Origin: an archaeon
GTDB lineage: Archaea > Asgardarchaeota > Thorarchaeia > Thorarchaeales > Thorarchaeaceae
Assembly: GCA_024275415.1 (NCBI GenBank)
Contig: JAJRZD010000019.1
Location: forward strand, 30,001 to 62,000
Reading direction: 5' to 3'
Length of the DNA: 32,000 nucleotides
Both the position numbers and the translations under genes were made by a program. The notes beneath the pieces are model-generated. The model saw nothing but the letters and a program-made list of their open reading frames with translations, ran no database searches and had not been told where the DNA came from. Position 1 is the first letter of the stretch. Each line of letters begins with the position of its first letter. Positions 27,446-32,000 of the stretch are shown in pieces.

Positions 27446-30020
27446 TATTTGCTGTATGACTGTTGGTGGATGGCTTGGTTGGCAAACCGATGAAGGGCGT
27501 GACAAGCAGCGATATTCCCTGGGTAGGCGCATGAAGCCTTTGATCCGGGGGTGCCCGAATGGGACTTCCTCGCATGGGTTAATACCCCATGTGGCTCCAG
27601 TGTCGCAGCTGGAGTGGGAACGCTCCGAACTGAAGCATCTTAGTAAGAGCAGGAAAAGAAAACAATAGTGATTCCCCTAGTAACAGCGAGCGAACGGGGA
27701 ACAGGCCAAACCGAATCCCATTGCGAAGAGTGATGGGAGATGTGGTGTGTGGGCACGGGATCTATCGCCGACGGACCTAAGACGAAGTCCTCTGGAACGA
27801 GGCGGCGGAGAGGGTGAAACCCCCGTAGTCGTAAAGTCCGGGCGTTTCCTGTGTTCCCGAGTAGCGCGGGTTGGTCTTCTCGCGTGAACGTCCCAGTCGC
27901 AATCTGGGAAGCCTAAATATTATGCCAATCCGATAGCAAACTAGTAGCGCGAGCGAAAGTTGAAAAGAGCCGCGGAAGCGGGGTGAAAAGCACCTGAAAC
28001 CAACAGTCTAAACAAAGGATGCTGATTAAAAGAGTAGACTCTCGGCGAACGAAAACGGAGTGATCCGTGTGTAGGAGCCGAGACGATCGGATTAGCATCA
28101 TCCGTCTTGAAACACGGGCCAGGGAGTTCACGGACGTGGCGAGATTAAGACATGAAGTCGTAAGCGAAGGGAAACCGACAAGCCCGCAGCCTTCGGGTGA
28201 GGGGCGAGGTGTGATAAGTGCCTGTAGTCACAGCCGTGACACGAGAAACCAGTCGATCTTGGCGTGGGCAGGGTGAAGCCGGGCGAAAGCTCGGTGGAGG
28301 CCCGAAAGGGTTCTGACGTGCAACTCGTTCCGTTGACCTGCGCGAAGGGGTAAAAGGCTTATCTAGACTGGTGATTGCTCGTTCTCCGCGAAGTTGGTCG
28401 TAGCCAAGCCCCACTCGAGGTATCATGTGGTGTAGAGCACTTTTGGAAGCGCCCGGGGGACGTCAAGTCCTTCACCTTCCCGAAAACTCCGAAGCTGCAT
28501 GAACTGTAGACGGTGGGAGACGGGTGCCCGGGGTAAGCCCGGCAGGCCGAGATGGGGAGAACCGAGAGTATGGTTAAGGTCCCTAAGTGCCGGATAAGTG
28601 CGGTGAAGAAGGGAGTCGAGAGCCCAAGACAGTCTGGGGGTGAGCTTAGAGGCAGCTATCCCCGAACGAAAGCGTAACAGCTCACAGACCGAGGCTCTCG
28701 GCCTTGAAAATGGACGGGGCTCAATCCGGCCACCGAGACCATACAGCACACGAGTACCATCGTGTGATCTGGTAGCGGAGCGATCTGGTAGGGTAGAAGT
28801 GGGGCCGTGAGGTCCCGTGGACCTGCCAGATTTGATGATCCTGGCGGTAGTAACAGCGTAGCATGGTGAGAATCCATGTCACCGAAAGGGAAAGGGTTCT
28901 TCGGCGATGCGTCATCAGCCGAAGCTTAGTCGGTCCTAAGTGGCGTCGTAACTCGAGCGTCACGAAAGGGAATCAGGTTAATATTCCTGAACCTCGGAGA
29001 TACATTTCACGGTAACGTAAAGCCGGGTCTGTGACTCATCTGGACAGGCCAAACGCAGCTCTCGCTGTGTTTAACACTATAAGCCTACCGAGTACCGTAA
29101 TGGTGAGAAGTAGGTGAAGGGTGGAATAGCGGGTGGTCGGACACCCGTTTGGCTCATTCCTGGTGACCTTGAAAAACAGATCCGGAAGGATTCTCCGAGT
29201 CCGTACCCAGAACTGACACAGGTTCCCTGGCTGAGAAGGCCAAGGTGTATCCGGGTCACTCCTCCTGAGGGAAATCGGCCAATTAGCGGCGTAACTTCGG
29301 GATATGCCGTGCCTGGGTTAGTGCAAGCTTTCCTAGGTCTTAGTAACTCAGGGGTCCCAACTGTTTAATACAAACATAGCTGACTGCGAGCGGGAAACCG
29401 TTAGTACAGTCAGTGAATCCTGGTCTGTGCCTGTCTGTTAAAACTCAGAAATGGGTCGAAGCACAGGTTAACGCCGGGACTAACTATGAGTCTCTTAAGG
29501 TAGCCAAATGCCTTGTCGGTTAAATGCCGACGTGCATGAAGGGAGCAATGAGGTCCCCACTGTCCCCAGGAGGAACCGGGTGAACCCACACCATACCGAA
29601 CAGTGTATGTACGCCCAATGGGAAGAGAAGTCACTGCGGAGGTTTACTACGCAGTCTGTCGTTGCCATTTCTGATATCATACAGAGTATAGTCAGGAGCG
29701 ACGAAGCACGTTCTCCGGGACGTGTGGATGCGACCGTGTAATACTGACTATGGTATTGGGGATGGCTAACCTAGACCAAGCGAGTCTAGGGACACCGGCA
29801 GATAGGCAGTTGGGCTGGGGCGGCACAGGGCTGACAAGAGATCAGCCCTGACCAATGGTGGACTCAGAGGCGACGGAAACGTCTCGTCGAGATCAAGGGC
29901 ATAAGTCCGCCTGACAGGATCCCTAACAGCAACGGATCCTGGGACGAAAGTCTGGCCTAGCGAACGTTTACATGCCAATTGTAGGGCGGTAGACATGACA
30001 AAAAACTTACCCCAGGGGTA

Positions 30021-30811
30021 ATCTCTAGCCGGTCGTCAAAAGGCGAGGATAATAAATACATCATTGCCATTTAATGAGTGGAAAAAAATGGAACGTTGGG
30101 ACATATCAGATGATGAAGACTTTGAGAAGGAGAATCTGGATAGACCAGAAACTCTGGTTCGAAGGTACATTGAACAGTTGTTCAAGGGTACAGATCGCAT
30201 CACTGAAACAATGTTAGCCAGCGTAAACATAGCCTATCTCGCAGGCATTACTGAAGATGCCCACCTTGGCCAAGGTGGAAAAGAAGGATATGTCTTTGAC
30301 ATCGAGTCTAAATCAGAACGATGGCTCACTGACTTAATTATGCCTGCACTCAGACTTGAGATTCCTGAAAAGGAAATTAGAGTCAAACGACGTGGTACCA
30401 GACCTGAGTATCGTATTCAGGTATGGGACAAAAAACTCGTTGAAACCCTTCGAGTATTATTCGAAAGACCTGGAATAGTCCGTCTGTGGAGTATTCGAAA
30501 TCAACGAGCGTGGGTGCGTGGTTTTGCTGATGCTGAAGGATCAGCAACTCGTAACACGGACAAACAACCACAATTTAGTTTCTACAACCAAAACTTGGAG
30601 AAACTTAAGATAGCAGGCGAAATCCTTGAAAAAGATGGAATCCACTTTGGCTTCTACCTACCAAATGGTAGAGATGTGTGGCAAATGTATCTAACAGGAC
30701 GCGAGAATCTAAAACGTTTCCTTGATGGGGAAGCTTCTGGGGTGAGCCATCCTGAGAAACGTTCACGCTTACTTCAATTCCTTGCTGAGTAGCGCCGACT
30801 AGGGACCCTAA
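30021..30811 (+). mobile_element. Archaeal BHB-type rRNA intron (791 nt) inserted after A2450 (E. coli numbering)
   Basis: Removal restores GGGGTA|ACAGAGTCGTC. The intron ends form a 12-bp stem (30022-30033 with 30794-30805; 2 G-U pairs, 1 mismatch). Helix GGGG/CCCT carries TAA and AAA bulges; cutting after the second bulge base gives exactly these boundaries. The intron does not end in G, so it is not group I. Confidence 0.9.
30088..30792 (+). CDS. Intron-encoded two-motif LAGLIDADG homing endonuclease (first motif degenerate)
   Basis: AYLAGITEDAHL (30238-30267) and AWVRGFADAEGS (30511-30540). ATG at 30088 preferred over the TTG at 30064. Visibly more AT-rich than the flanking rRNA. Confidence 0.9.
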   Translation: MERWDISDDEDFEKENLDRPETLVRRYIEQLFKGTDRITETMLASVNIAYLAGITEDAHLGQGGKEGYVFDIESKSERWLTDLIMPALRLEIPEKEIRVKRRGTRPEYRIQVWDKKLVETLRVLFERPGIVRLWSIRNQRAWVRGFADAEGSATRNTDKQPQFSFYNQNLEKLKIAGEILEKDGIHFGFYLPNGRDVWQMYLTGRENLKRFLDGEASGVSHPEKRSRLLQFLAE

Positions 30812-31094
30812 ACAGAGTCGTCGCGGGCAAGAGTTCATATCGACCCCGCGGCTTGCTTCCTCGATGTCGGCTCTTGGTATCCTGGCGTTGCATAAGGCGC
30901 CAAGGGTGCGGGTGCTCACCGATTAAAACCGAACGTGAGCTGGGTTTAGACCGTTGCGAGACAGGTTGGTTTCTATCTATTGGGCGTGTTGGTCAACTGA
31001 CGGCAAGATGTTACCGGTACGAGAGGAACGTAATGTCGCGACCAATGGTGTACCCATTGTCCGATAGGGCAGCGTGGGGTAGCTAAGTCGTAAT

Positions 31095-31127
<33 letters not shown>

Positions 31128-31300
31128 AGACCGGAAAATAGTTGACCACTTAAGTGACGGTCCTACCGAAGGAGCGCGGGGCTGGTGACAGCGACGCGTA
31201 GTCACGAAACGAGGGTTCTGCTAGAAGAGCAGGTTAATAGGGCAGGGGTGTAAGTACCGAGCTCCGGCGAGGTATTCAGCTCACTGCTACTAATACCCGA

Positions 31301-31333
31301 GGCAAGCGAATTCAAAGTGCATCTCGCACGGTA
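31301..31333 (+). other. 3' strand of the pre-23S processing stem with BHB motif
   Basis: Complementary to 27417-27445; ATTC-AAA bulge at 31310-31316. Confidence 0.8.
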
Positions 31334-31452
31334 CCTAGAGCTGTAAGGGTTGTAAGAAACGTACGGTTGTAAGAGCGATCATCATCTGTGGGCCATCTAT
31401 TTTTGAAGGGGCCGACCGTCTGCTGAGCGGGGGCAACCGAATGTGAGGTCTA

Positions 31453-31465
31453 TTTCCTCCTTTTT
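31453..31465 (+). terminator. Pyrimidine/oligo-T tract, possible rRNA terminator
   Basis: TTTCCTCCTTTTT about 120 nt after the processing stem. Confidence 0.35.
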
Positions 31466-31658
31466 GAGTACAATTCTAGTTCACGATGGCTAATGGGTGT
31501 GTCTGGATAACACACGCACCTGAAGGTTGGGTCTTTCAGGTACCAAGATTCAAAGGGATGCCCTTGCACCACTTCAAGGACATCCCAGCCTCAAAGGCAC
31601 GTATCTCACAGGTATGCGATATGTTGATTTTCATGAGAAGCCATCCCTCAAATCTTAT

Positions 31659-31687
31659 CCGTTGCGAGACAGGTTGGTTTCTATCTA
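31659..31687 (+). repeat. Exact 29-nt direct repeat of 23S rRNA 30951-30979 (helix 93 region)
   Basis: CCGTTGCGAGACAGGTTGGTTTCTATCTA occurs at both loci; the flanks on either side are unrelated. Confidence 0.95.
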
Positions 31688-31716
31688 AGAGTTCTTGCCT
31701 ATCTAGGAGTTCTTGG
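31681..31716 (+). repeat. Two-copy 18-nt tandem repeat overlapping the end of the rRNA copy
   Basis: CTATCTAAGAGTTCTTGC followed by CTATCTAGGAGTTCTTGG (2 mismatches). Confidence 0.85.
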
Positions 31717-32000
31717 GGGGTCATCAGACTCCACTAAGGGGTACCCAAGAAGATGAACTGTTCATTGTAGGATGGACATACGGCGGTCTACCCTTGGCGC
31801 AAGGCCTACTCTGAAGGAGGTCGAAAAGGTCTGAAACTCAGACCCACGGTGCCTCACAACCCAAGGATTGTCCTCACCGACGAGCTCAGACACAGGGTTC
31901 TTGCGTACAGTACTGATCCAATTAGCCCTCAAAGACGTGTTTACCAAACAGAGTCGTGAGACCGTGTTTCGAGCACTGGATGGAGACTACGAGGACCTCA

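Noticed and set aside
27432-30000. Numerous 60-110 aa ORFs on both strands within the 23S gene
   Set aside because: Chance ORFs in GC-rich rRNA; the region is explained by conserved rRNA motifs.
2524-30792. Genome-wide reassignment of TAG to an amino acid
   Set aside because: About 13 genes here, including serS, end in TAG, and read-through gives only short junk tails with no fusions. Only context-dependent read-through remains possible.
31340-31378. Three (G/T)TGTAAG words in the 3' spacer
   Set aside because: Too short and irregularly spaced for a CRISPR or guide array; no cas genes in the window.
31640-31730. Box C/D guide RNA on the minus strand (CTGATGA upstream of the antisense 29-mer)
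   Set aside because: The box C is imperfect, there is no CTGA box D next to the complementary stretch, and the spacing does not fit archaeal C/D sRNAs.
31946-31957. 12-nt match (AAACAGAGTCGT) to the intron/exon-2 junction at 30810-30821
   Set aside because: A 12-mer match between regions of this size is reasonably likely by chance. Worth revisiting only if the 29-nt copy proves to be part of an rRNA-targeting element.
31688-32000. Group I or group II intron following the rRNA copy
   Set aside because: No GUGYG start, no P1 internal guide pairing and no convincing P3/P4/P6; only an isolated GAGACTAC.

Overview
Archaeal chromosomal window, probably from an Asgard archaeon (possibly Thorarchaeia). 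That assignment is inferred from gene content and the divergent archaeal 23S rRNA and is not proven. Bases 1-27 kb hold about 30 mostly housekeeping or metabolic genes: transketolase, superoxide reductase, an ECF S component, a ferritin-like protein, serS, nth, an MFS transporter, two tandem winged-helix/Lrp-like regulators, two Mer-like LLM oxidoreductases, an AfpA-like flavoprotein, three GNATs, a nucleoside phosphorylase, a geranylgeranyl reductase, an M28 peptidase, a WD40 protein, an MNT-HEPN fusion and a bacterial-type RNase PH. From about 27.4 to 31.3 kb lies a stand-alone 23S rRNA gene with no adjacent 16S or 5S and with its own bulge-helix-bulge (BHB) processing stem. A 791-nt BHB intron encoding a LAGLIDADG endonuclease interrupts it inside the peptidyl-transferase centre. 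Highlights: (1) that intron; (2) an exact 29-nt copy of 23S helix 93 in a hairpin-rich non-rRNA region downstream of the gene; (3) a TnpB-like protein that ends before the RuvC domain, next to the MNT-HEPN gene; (4) two tiny ORFs both ending in EPF, divergent from the regulator pair; (5) two genes with in-frame TAG codons and one with compensating frameshifts; (6) substitutions at normally invariant 23S positions. All family calls are by-eye motif recognition; no searches were run.
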